Assembly (NCBI GenBank): GCA_020348925.1
Contig: CP070758.1
Span: forward strand, 1,072,469 to 1,136,468
Direction of reading: 5' to 3'
DNA from: Gemmatimonadota bacterium
Lineage (GTDB): Bacteria > JBHIER01 > G020348925
Length of the DNA: 64,000 bases
Below are positions 46,564 through 56,600 of the stretch, in pieces. Within the stretch, counting starts at the first letter, position 1; each line of letters begins with the position of its first letter. Under the pieces are notes generated by a model. It did not search any database and was not told where the DNA came from. It worked only from the letters and a program-made list of their open reading frames with translations. Both the position numbers and the translations under genes were made by a program.

Positions 46564-49146
46564 ATGATCGGTGAGACCATTTCCCATTACAAAATCCTCG
46601 AAAAGCTTGGTGAAGGCGGCATGGGCGTGGTGTACAAAGCCCAGGACACCAAGCTCGATCGTACAGTAGCTTTAAAATTTCTCCCACCCGAACTCACCAG
46701 AGATCCAGAGGCAAAGGAACGCTTCGTTCAAGAGGCCAAGGCAGCGGCGGCTCTTAAACAACACAACATCTGCACCATCCATGAGATTAATGAAACCAGA
46801 GATGGTCAGACATTTATAGCCATGGACTGCTACGAGGGCCTGACGCTGAAGGGAAAAATTGAAAGTGGGTCGTTAAAACTGGAGGAAGCCGTCGATATCG
46901 CTATGCAGGTTGCCCAAGGCCTGACCAAGGCGCACGAACAGGAGATTGTACATCGGGACATTAAACCTGCAAATATCATCCTTGACGAGGATGGTGTGGC
47001 AAAGATCCTTGACTTCGGTCTTGCCAAATTGAAAGGGCAAGCCAGGATCACCCGTACTGGTACTACTGTTGGGACGGTAGCCTACATGTCGCCTGAACAA
47101 GCACAAGGGATAGATGTTGATCATCGCACAGACATCTGGTCCCTCGGTGTTGTGCTTTATGAAATGCTCACTGGGAAGACTCCTTTTTCCGGAGAACATG
47201 AAGCTGCAATAATGTATTCAATCATCAACGAAGAACCAGAACCCATTCAGAAGTATCGGTCGGATCTGTCGTCGGAGCTACTGCATGTGCTGAGCAGGGC
47301 ATTGGAGAAAAATCCTGAGGAGCGTTACCAGTCCGTAAATGACATGCTCATCGATCTCAAGCGGTTGAAGCGGGATACGGATCGGGTTTCTCGAGAATCG
47401 ATTTCCGAGATGACCGTTCCATCAAGACCCGAGTCAGTCAAGGGGCCGCGTCTTTCAAAAAGGTTGTGGATCGCCGGTATCGGCGTTGTTGCCGTACTCG
47501 CCATCGTTCTTGCTGTTTGGAGGACTTGGTTCGACCGGGAAGCTGAACCGGCGCAACCCCGTGTCGTGGTCTCCGTGTTCGAGAATCGCACGGGAGATTC
47601 TTCGCTCGATGCGTTGGGAAGCATGGCCATGGACTGGATCACTCAGGGATTAGCACAGTCGGGTGTGGCCGATGTCGTCCCCACCGTATCGGTCATGCAA
47701 TACGCCCGTACCTATGATTCAGCGGAGGGCAAACCCTTAATTCAAACGCTCATCTTACAAACCGGCGCCACCATCGCGGTTTCGGGCGCTTATTATGTGC
47801 ACGGGGACAACCTGCAATTCCAGGCCGAGGTGACCGACGCGTTGCGTGATGAACTCATCCATACGATACCGCCCGTCATCGGATCCAGGGAGAATCCGAT
47901 AGCCGGTATCGATGAGCTGCGTCAACGCGTCATGGGTGTCGTGGCCGGGCATATCGATCCGAGTTTTCAGCTGCGTATGCTATCTGAACCTCCCAGTTTC
48001 GATGTCTACCGCGAGTACGTGACCGGCACGGACCTTTTCGGTACGGATTATCCGCGGGCCATCGGTCACTTTGAACGGGCGGCCGAGCTTGATTCGATGT
48101 TCATGCCGGCACGTATGCGTATTGCTGTTGCCTACGGGAATCAGGGGCAATGGGCCAGGGCAGACTCCATTTGTCGCTTCATCAACCGACACCGGGAGCG
48201 TCTGAGTCCGTTTATGCGGCTTTACCTGGACTGGTACAGGGCCGTTATCCGAGGAAATGACGCCGAAGCCTACCGGTTCATCCGTCAGGCTGGTGAAATG
48301 GCGCCCAATGATTGGGTGACCAACTATCTTATCGGGTTTTTCGCAAGAAATGTGAATCGCCCCGGTGAGACCGTGGAGGTATATTCACAAATAGATTATG
48401 TGCGTACCGGTCATATCGTTGGTTCGTGGCGATTTGGTGTCCTCTGCGAGGCGCACCATATGCTGGGGGATTATGAGAGGGAATTGCAAGAAGCGCGACG
48501 TGGACAGGAGTATTTCCCGGATCTTCTATCGTTACGCGAGGACGAGGTGCGCGCCCTGGCAGGCTTGGGCCGGATCGAAGAAATCAACAAAGTGATCGAC
48601 GAGAGCCTTTCCATCTCTTCCTCTTCTTCATCTTGGAGCCCAGGCTTGGTCATGTGTGGGGCGGCTGCTGAGCTGCGGGTCCGTGGTTATAAGGAAGAAG
48701 CAAAGGCAATCGCAGAACGGGCCGTGGCCTGGTATCAAAACCGTGGAACGGGTGATAATCGTTATAGCCTTGCGCGTTCACTCTATTTGGCCGAACGCTG
48801 GCAGGAAGCCGAAGCCATCTTTGAAGGGCTATCTGCGGAGGAGCCAGATGACATCGATTACATGGGGTTTCTGGGAACCCTGGCGGCACGCAGAGGGAAT
48901 CGAGAAGGGGCACGACAGATTTCAGAAGAACTCAAACGTATCGAACGGCCTTATCTGTATGGCGATCATACGTATTGGAGGGCCTGCATTGCCGCGCTAC
49001 TCGGTGAACGCGAACAGGCCGTGGCCCTGCTGAGGGAATCCTTCGCCCAGGGCTATAATTATGGCGTTCTCCTCCATAATGACATGGATCTGGAACCCTT
49101 GCGTGATTACCGACCTTTCCAGGAGCTGATACGACCGAAAGGATAG
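46564..49146 (+). CDS. Ser/Thr protein kinase - TM - TolB-like - TPR receptor 1
   Basis: GEGGMG, VALK, HRDIKPAN, DFG, YMSPEQ; TM ~aa 300-320; FENRTGD; helical repeats; LR....FQEL. Confidence 0.93.
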   Translation: MIGETISHYKILEKLGEGGMGVVYKAQDTKLDRTVALKFLPPELTRDPEAKERFVQEAKAAAALKQHNICTIHEINETRDGQTFIAMDCYEGLTLKGKIESGSLKLEEAVDIAMQVAQGLTKAHEQEIVHRDIKPANIILDEDGVAKILDFGLAKLKGQARITRTGTTVGTVAYMSPEQAQGIDVDHRTDIWSLGVVLYEMLTGKTPFSGEHEAAIMYSIINEEPEPIQKYRSDLSSELLHVLSRALEKNPEERYQSVNDMLIDLKRLKRDTDRVSRESISEMTVPSRPESVKGPRLSKRLWIAGIGVVAVLAIVLAVWRTWFDREAEPAQPRVVVSVFENRTGDSSLDALGSMAMDWITQGLAQSGVADVVPTVSVMQYARTYDSAEGKPLIQTLILQTGATIAVSGAYYVHGDNLQFQAEVTDALRDELIHTIPPVIGSRENPIAGIDELRQRVMGVVAGHIDPSFQLRMLSEPPSFDVYREYVTGTDLFGTDYPRAIGHFERAAELDSMFMPARMRIAVAYGNQGQWARADSICRFINRHRERLSPFMRLYLDWYRAVIRGNDAEAYRFIRQAGEMAPNDWVTNYLIGFFARNVNRPGETVEVYSQIDYVRTGHIVGSWRFGVLCEAHHMLGDYERELQEARRGQEYFPDLLSLREDEVRALAGLGRIEEINKVIDESLSISSSSSSWSPGLVMCGAAAELRVRGYKEEAKAIAERAVAWYQNRGTGDNRYSLARSLYLAERWQEAEAIFEGLSAEEPDDIDYMGFLGTLAARRGNREGARQISEELKRIERPYLYGDHTYWRACIAALLGEREQAVALLRESFAQGYNYGVLLHNDMDLEPLRDYRPFQELIRPKG

Positions 49147-49149
49147 ATA

Positions 49150-51798
49150 ATGATCCACCAAAAAGACGGCGGACAAGTCGGCAAAACCATATCCCATTAC
49201 AAAATCCTCGAAAAGCTCGGTGAGGGTGGAATGGGTGTGGTGTATAAGGCCGAGGATACGAAGCTTAAACGAACTGTGGCCCTGAAGTTTCTCCCACCCG
49301 AACTTACCCGTGATCCTGAGGCGAAGAAGCGCTTCATCCACGAAGCACAGGCTGCGGCGGCACTCAGTCATCCCAATATCTGCACGATTTTCGAAATCAA
49401 CGAATCGGAGGATCAACTCTTCATCGCCATGGAGTACATTGAGGGTCAGGACCTGAAAGAGAAGATCGCTGCTGGTCCGATGAAAATGAGCGATGCTATA
49501 GATGTCGCCACTCAGGTTGCAGAGGGGCTCCACGAGGCCCATGAGAAGAGCATCGTTCACAGGGACATCAAGCCGGCCAATATCATGATGACGAGCAAAT
49601 CCCAGGTGAAGATCATGGATTTCGGGCTGGCAAAGCTGAGAGGGCAGACGAAGCTGACCAAAGAAGGGACAACTCTCGGTACAATAGCATACATGTCACC
49701 GGAGCAAACACGGGGCGAGGAGGTCGATCGTCGGTCGGACATCTGGTCCATTGGCGCTGTTTTGTATGAAATGATCACCGGGCAACTGCCCTTCAAAGGG
49801 GACTACGAGCAGGCAGTGATGTATTCCATCATAAACGAAATCCCGGAGCCCATTACCGGCCTTCGAACCGGCGTGCCATTGGAGGTAGAAAAAATCATCA
49901 CGAAATGCCTGGATAAAGATCCGTCCACTCGGTACCAGCACGTGGAAGAGCTGATTGTGGATTTGCGCAGGTTCTCAAAAGAGTCGGAGTTAAAAGGAGC
50001 TTATTCCGGAACAGACGTGAGACAAAGAACACCGAAAAAGAAAATTTTACCATATGTGATAGTGGGAATTGTCCTGGCTGCAATAGTATTGATGGTTATG
50101 CGATATCAATTTTTCGCTCCGGGGAAAGAGGATTTCATCTCGCAAAGAAAAATGATGGTTGTGTTACCTTTCGAAAACCTGGGTGCTGCAGATGATGAAT
50201 ATTTTGCCGACGGTATAACCGAGGAAATTACCAGTCGGCTTGCCTCCATAAAAAGTTTGGGTGTCATATCGCGCAAGAGTGCCCTCGTATACGGGAGAAC
50301 GGATAAAACCATCAGAGAGATTGGTGAGGAGTTGAATGTTGAGTACGTGCTTGAAGGAACCGTCCGCTGGGCTCGCGCTCCTGACGCTCCTGATCGGGTT
50401 CGAATTACCCCTCAGCTCATTCGGGTCTCCGATGACACCCATCTCTGGGCAGAAACCTACGAGCGCATCATAGATGATATTTTCACCATCCAATCGGACA
50501 TTGCTCAAAAGGTCACAGAGCAATTGGGGATCACACTCCTCGATTCGGAACGCAGATCCGTTGAAGCAAAACCGACCGGGAACCTCGAAGCCTACCAGGC
50601 TTACCTTCGTGGCCGATACTTCGCAGAAAGACCCCATTTCTCTTTGGAAAACTGGAATCAGGTGATACGGAATTACCAGCAGGCAGTGGACCTTGATCCC
50701 AGTTTTGCACAAGCTTGGGCAGAGCTGTCCAGAGCTCACGCAAGGCTTCATTTCTTTCGGCACGATCTGTCTGAGGAGCGACAGGAGATGGCCAGACATG
50801 CCGCGGATCAGGCCCTCGAACTGGCCCCGGAAACTTCGGAGGTACACATCGCCCTGAGTTACTACTATCTCTGGTCTTTGAGGGATTCCGAGCAGGCACT
50901 CAAAGAGCTGGAGATTGCCGAGAAGGGTTTACCCAATAATGCGGAAATCTTGAAAGCGAAAGCTTACATCTTTGAGCTTCACGGGCGCTATGAGGAAGCT
51001 CAGAATGCCTTTGAAAGGGCCTTCGAGCTCAGCCCTCGAGACGCATCGCTTCCCACCGAGCTCACATTAGTCTTGTGGGTTACTCGCAATTACCCGCAGG
51101 CGGTGGAAGTCGCCAATCAGGCGATCGCCTTGGCGCCAGATGAAGCCTGGCCTTATCTTGGAAAAACCTTTACTTACTGGAGCTGGAAAGGCCCAACGGA
51201 AGAAGCGCGAACTGCGCTCGAGGCCATTCCGGTAGAGCACAGCTGGGTGCCATGGACCTGGTTCTGGCAGGAGATGTATGAAGGAAGGTATCGGGAAGCT
51301 CTTAAGCGTCTCTCTACCACTTCGGGTGAATGGATTCGACTGAAAACGTGGGCCAGGCCGATATGCTTATTAGAGGCCTTCGCATTCGATTTTATGGGTG
51401 AATCGCAGCGTGCCCGTTCGAATTACAAAAAGGCAAGGATATTACTGGAGAAGGAGGTCGAGGTGTGGCCCGAAGATCCTCGGCTCCACAGCTCTCTGGG
51501 CATCGCTTACGCGGCCCTGGGTCACAAGGAAGATGCGATTCGTGAGGGGAAACGAGCCGTGGAGCTTCTTCCAATCACTGAGGACGCTTTTTACGGCCTG
51601 CCTTACCTCCATGATCTTGCGCACATTTATACGCTGTCGGGAGAGCATGAGGCGGCTCTGGACCAGATAGAGCATCTTCTTACGATACCTTCGTGGATAT
51701 CGATTTCCTGGCTTAAAATGGATCCCCGTTTTCGTGCGTTACGGGATCATCCCAGATTTCAAATTCTGGTGGAGAAATATTCAAGAGACGCAGGATGA
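49150..51798 (+). CDS. Ser/Thr protein kinase - TM - TolB-like - TPR receptor 2
   Basis: Intact kinase motifs; TM; VLPFENL..YFADGITEEI..VISR; TPRs; DP..LRDHPRF. Confidence 0.93.
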   Translation: MIHQKDGGQVGKTISHYKILEKLGEGGMGVVYKAEDTKLKRTVALKFLPPELTRDPEAKKRFIHEAQAAAALSHPNICTIFEINESEDQLFIAMEYIEGQDLKEKIAAGPMKMSDAIDVATQVAEGLHEAHEKSIVHRDIKPANIMMTSKSQVKIMDFGLAKLRGQTKLTKEGTTLGTIAYMSPEQTRGEEVDRRSDIWSIGAVLYEMITGQLPFKGDYEQAVMYSIINEIPEPITGLRTGVPLEVEKIITKCLDKDPSTRYQHVEELIVDLRRFSKESELKGAYSGTDVRQRTPKKKILPYVIVGIVLAAIVLMVMRYQFFAPGKEDFISQRKMMVVLPFENLGAADDEYFADGITEEITSRLASIKSLGVISRKSALVYGRTDKTIREIGEELNVEYVLEGTVRWARAPDAPDRVRITPQLIRVSDDTHLWAETYERIIDDIFTIQSDIAQKVTEQLGITLLDSERRSVEAKPTGNLEAYQAYLRGRYFAERPHFSLENWNQVIRNYQQAVDLDPSFAQAWAELSRAHARLHFFRHDLSEERQEMARHAADQALELAPETSEVHIALSYYYLWSLRDSEQALKELEIAEKGLPNNAEILKAKAYIFELHGRYEEAQNAFERAFELSPRDASLPTELTLVLWVTRNYPQAVEVANQAIALAPDEAWPYLGKTFTYWSWKGPTEEARTALEAIPVEHSWVPWTWFWQEMYEGRYREALKRLSTTSGEWIRLKTWARPICLLEAFAFDFMGESQRARSNYKKARILLEKEVEVWPEDPRLHSSLGIAYAALGHKEDAIREGKRAVELLPITEDAFYGLPYLHDLAHIYTLSGEHEAALDQIEHLLTIPSWISISWLKMDPRFRALRDHPRFQILVEKYSRDAG

Positions 51799-54416
51799 TA
51801 GGCAGAATTATCTCTCACTATAGAATTTTGGAAAAGCTCGGTGAAGGCGGCATGGGTGTGGTGTATAAGGCTGAGGACAACAAACTTGACCGCATTGTTG
51901 CTCTGAAGTTTCTTCCACCTGAGTTAACCAGGGATCCGGAAGCCAAGGAACGCTTTGTGCATGAAGCGAAAGCCGCTTCGTCCTTCGAGCACAATAACAT
52001 CTGCACCATTTACGAGATAGATGAGACCAATGACGGTCAATTATTCATTGCCATGGCCTGTTACGATGGGGAAACGTTGGAAGAAAAAATCCGGCGCGGT
52101 CCTCTGAAAATTGAAGAAGCTGTTCATCTTGCCATGCAGATGGCTGAAGGCCTGAAAGATGCCCATGAAAAGGACATCATCCACAGGGACATGAAACCTG
52201 CCAACATCATGGTAACCTCAAAAGGGCAGGTGAAAATCATGGACTTCGGTCTGGCTAAATTACGAGGACAGACAAAGCTTACAAAGGAGGGGACGACTTT
52301 AGGTACCGTCGCATACATGTCCCCGGAGCAAGCACGAGGAGGTGAGGTCGATCAACGGTCTGATATATGGTCACTGGGTGTCATGCTGTATGAAATGGTT
52401 ACAGGGCAGCGTCCGTTCGAAGGAGAATACAATCAAGCAGTGATGTATGCCATCATGAATAACGATCCTGAACCGATAACTGGCTTGCGAACCGGCGTGC
52501 CTATGGAACTTGAAAGGATCATCCATAAGTGTATCGAAAAAAATCCTGCTGAGAGATACCAGACCGGGGCCGACCTGTTAGCCGATTTTCATCATCTTCA
52601 AAGAATCTCTTCCACACAGACCATTCCATCTAAAACGCGAATTTCCAAACCACCAGTGAGATCAATGGCAAGAAAATTAACCGGGCTTGCTGCTCTTGTG
52701 ATAGTAGCAACCGTTGCCATTGTTCTGCTCGTACGCCAATTCACACCTTCCGTACACGAGGTAATACCTGAAAGAAAAATGCTGGTGGTTCTGCCCTTCG
52801 AGAACCTCGGTCCGCCAGAGGACGAGTATTTCGCCGACGGAATTACAGAAGAGATCACGAGCCGGCTGGCAGCCCTTCACGGGCTTGGAGTGATTTCTCG
52901 CACCAGTGCCTTTTATTACAAGGATACGAAGAAGACATTGAAGCAAATCGGTGATGAGTTGAAGGTCGACTATGTGCTTTAAGGGACTGTACGGTGGGAA
53001 CGTGCAACTGATAAACCGAGTCGTGTCCGGGTCACGCCCCAGCTCATCCGTGTTTCGGACGACACCCATCTCTGGACCTCTCGCTATGATGAACAACTGG
53101 ATGAAATCTTTTCTGTCCAATCGAGCATTGCTGAGGAAGTAGTCCGAGAGTTAAACGTCAGCTTACTCGAGCCGGAGAAACAGGCCATCCAGGAAAAGCC
53201 GACGGAGAATCTTGAAGCATACCAGGCGTATCTCCGGGCTATGAGCTATTGGGCACAACCTGGATATGATCCAGAACGATTTGACCTGGCCATACAGATG
53301 TTCGAGAGGGCGGTGGAGCTTGACTCTACCTTTGTCCTGGCATATGTTGAACTTGTCGATGGTCATGGCGGGCTCTATTATCACCTCGATCCCCGTGAGG
53401 AGCGCCTGGCCAAAGCGAAAAAGGCTCTGGACCGGGCATTGACCCTTCAACCCGAACTGTCGAAGGTTCGTCTGGCGAAGGGATATTTTCACTATTACTG
53501 TTTCAAGGAGTACGATCTCGCTCTCGAGATATTTCATGCCGTGGAAAGGGATTTACCCAATAACTCGGATATACAGGCGGCCATCGGATACATATACAGA
53601 CGGCAGGGGAAAATAGATAAAGCGGTCGATCGCCTTGAACGGGCTCTTGATCTCGATCCTCAGAGTGCTCACTTACATTCTGAATTAGGCGAAACGTACG
53701 AAGCGCTTCGAGTATACGACAGGGCCGATCAGTATTTCACTCAGGCCATTGCACTGGCGCCTGATACCCGTCAGACGTATGAGATGAAAGCACAGAACTC
53801 ACTCAGGTGGAAGGGAAATACAAATGAGGCTCGTTCCATACTCGCCCAGTCGCCTGGGAATGAACAATCCATTAGTTGGATCGAATTCGATCTTTATGAC
53901 CGGGAATTCAATGATGTATTGGATCGTATTTCCTCAATATCGCCAATATTGGTTGATCAACCGGTGTTCCAGGGACTCCTTCTTGTATATAAAGGTGTAA
54001 GCCATCACTATCTGAACCAGCCCGAACTCCGCCATGCCGCCTTCGACGAAGCGCGTATCCTCATGGAAAACAGGTTGAATGAGGTACCGGAGAGCCATTA
54101 TTGCCATGCTATTCTGGGTATTGCCTTATGTGGATTGGGCCGGAAGGAGGAAGCAATCCGTGAAGGGGAAATTGCTGTGGAATTGATATCCGACGACCGG
54201 TTCCTCGGACCTTCATTATTAGAGAGCTTGGCCAGAATTTATGCATGTGTGGATGAAGGGGATAAGGCTATAGATATCCTTCAACAGCTCATGGAGACCC
54301 ATTATGATGGAGCTATTTCAGTGTGGAACCTGAAAAAAAGTGTATCGTGGGATCCCCTTCGTGACAACCCGCGCTTTCAAAGATTGATCGAGAAGTATTC
54401 CGTGGTGGAATCATGA
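51795..54416 (+). pseudogene. Ser/Thr kinase - TM - TolB-like - TPR receptor 3 interrupted by in-frame TAA
   Basis: TAA at 52980-52982 replaces E of YVLEGTVRW; frame continues unbroken to 54416. Confidence 0.85.
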
Positions 54417-54463
54417 TCGACAAAACCATATCTCACTACAAAATCCTCGAAAAGCTCGATGAA
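54413..54463 (+). pseudogene. 5' stub of a further kinase gene
   Basis: ATGA overlap then MIDKTISHYKILEKLDE, matching the kinase N-termini; similarity ends abruptly. Confidence 0.75.
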
Positions 54464-54477
54464 GAGAGGATCTCGTT

Positions 54478-56562
54478 ATGTTTAAGAAGTTAAACGTAAT
54501 TTCGGTAATTATAATTACATCAATTTGTATGACCAGTCCAAGGGCATCTGAACACTTTACCGATCAAAGAGCGGTGCATCCTATTATAGAACTTTCAAAA
54601 AGTAAATTTTACAATTCTGGAATATTACCAATTACTTCAACTCCCCTTTACGGATCCGAAACGGACTGGTGTGAAATAATTGACTCGACATGGGGAGAAG
54701 GTGCACCCACTGAAGAAAAACTCAGAATTTTCGATATGTTTTGGGAGACGATCGATCATAATTTTGCGTGTTTTCAAGGTTTGGATATTGAGTGGGATGA
54801 TTTGCGGGCAAGATACAGACCCGAAATCGAGGGTGGAGTGAGCCGGGGCCGCTTTTGTGCAATTATGAATCATCTTGCTTTGACATTGAGAGAATCCCAT
54901 ACGGCAATTATTGATACAGTAGTCAATTACACTTACCCACAACCTGGCATTCCGCTAATGCTACTTTATACCAGGAAAATTAGCTCCGAATATGCCAATC
55001 ACTTTTCTGGGCATTTTGGGGCCGGCCTGTCTCCCCTTCCTGATAGTACTCTGCTCGTATATAATACTGTAGAATCACATCCTTTAGGGCTCAGACCCGG
55101 TGATATTGTTCTTGGTTATGATGGAATTCCCTGGCATCAGCTTTTGCAGGAGTTATTGGAGGCCCAACTCCCCATATATGGTTCCTCGGGAAGTACAGAG
55201 AGTTCATATACTCATATTCTTCAAAAGAGTGCAGGTTTGAACTGGCATTTGTTTAATACCATTGATGTCGTTAAGTATGATACTGGTGATACACTTCATC
55301 TTGATACAAGTCCGCTAATAAATCAAGACATGGAGTTTGTTGACTCAGAGTCAATGGATATTCCCGGTGTTCCAAAACCAGACATAATGAATAATGATCC
55401 CGTAAGCTATGGAATTATCGAAGGGACAAAAATCGGCTATATTTACGTTTGGATATGGTATTTTGATGCTGATTCACAGTTTTATGATGCTGTCTATGAC
55501 TTACTGGACAATTATGAGACTATCGGACTTATAATAGATATTCGCAACAACACAGGTGGAAATATGTTTTTGTTTGATAAAGGATTATCACTACTCTTCA
55601 ATTCTTCTGTAAGCACGATTGGGTTTGCTTCCAGATGTAATCCTAACGATCATTTTGCGATGTGCAACGCCTGGGGTCCTGAATATTATGAGCTCCAACC
55701 TGATCCGACGACTTACTATGACAGACCAATTGCCGTGCTTATCGGACCATTATGTATAAGTGCAGGCGATATGCTTGCATTGTGGATGAAATTTCATCCG
55801 AAGTGTCGGTTCTTTGGGAAACCAACGATGGGAGCTTTCAATGGTCCAACTGGACTATCTTTGGAGAATGAAGATTGGAGATGCAGATATGCTGAATTCG
55901 AGGCCTATTTAGCAGATGATCCTGAGCATTATTTAACGCGTGAAGAATTGAATGTAGACGTACCTGTGTGGCTTGAACCTGATGATGTGGTCCAAGAATT
56001 GGATACAGTTGTTGAAGAGGCCAAGGCATGGATTCTCAATCAACCACATATCCGCACGTCCAGCCTTTCTCTTGATTTTGGGGTAGTTACGGTGTGTGGG
56101 TCAACTAGCCAAACACTAACTATTTATAATGATGGTTTCGTGACATTAGAGGTGAATCCACTTTCATCGAGTGATCCACAATTTGAGGTTTCATCCAAAT
56201 TTCTTAGCATTGCAGGATCAGGATCAACAGATGTGGAAATAATTTTTACACCAAGAAGTGAGAACTCGGTTGAAGCATCTCTAACCCTATTATGCAATGA
56301 TTCAAACCGACCACAACCTCAAATAAATCTTTATGGAGTGGGAATTTTGGAAATCGAAATCCAATTTGGTGATGTAAATAGAGATTCAGTTATTAATGTG
56401 CTGGATGTTTTGTCCGTGGTGAACCATATTCTGGGCACTGCAGAGTTCACTGATACGGAGGTGATGTGTCGGGCTGATTGCAATGCAGATGGACAAGTTA
56501 ATGTCTTGGATGCCTTGGGTATTGTGAATGTAATTCTCGGAATAGGTGAGTGTGAAACGTGA
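54478..56562 (+). CDS. Secreted S41 family peptidase with Ig-like domain and C-terminal dockerin
   Basis: Signal peptide; L.ESH, GL.PGD, IGYI, LIIDIRNNTGG, ISAGD, GKPTMG; LDFG.V..IYNDG...L Ig-like; GDVNRDSVINVLDV..ADCNADGQVNVLD. Confidence 0.88.
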   Translation: MFKKLNVISVIIITSICMTSPRASEHFTDQRAVHPIIELSKSKFYNSGILPITSTPLYGSETDWCEIIDSTWGEGAPTEEKLRIFDMFWETIDHNFACFQGLDIEWDDLRARYRPEIEGGVSRGRFCAIMNHLALTLRESHTAIIDTVVNYTYPQPGIPLMLLYTRKISSEYANHFSGHFGAGLSPLPDSTLLVYNTVESHPLGLRPGDIVLGYDGIPWHQLLQELLEAQLPIYGSSGSTESSYTHILQKSAGLNWHLFNTIDVVKYDTGDTLHLDTSPLINQDMEFVDSESMDIPGVPKPDIMNNDPVSYGIIEGTKIGYIYVWIWYFDADSQFYDAVYDLLDNYETIGLIIDIRNNTGGNMFLFDKGLSLLFNSSVSTIGFASRCNPNDHFAMCNAWGPEYYELQPDPTTYYDRPIAVLIGPLCISAGDMLALWMKFHPKCRFFGKPTMGAFNGPTGLSLENEDWRCRYAEFEAYLADDPEHYLTREELNVDVPVWLEPDDVVQELDTVVEEAKAWILNQPHIRTSSLSLDFGVVTVCGSTSQTLTIYNDGFVTLEVNPLSSSDPQFEVSSKFLSIAGSGSTDVEIIFTPRSENSVEASLTLLCNDSNRPQPQINLYGVGILEIEIQFGDVNRDSVINVLDVLSVVNHILGTAEFTDTEVMCRADCNADGQVNVLDALGIVNVILGIGECET

Positions 56563-56600
56563 TTATTTTTGGTGAATATCTTAAGAGGGAGGTGTTTGAT

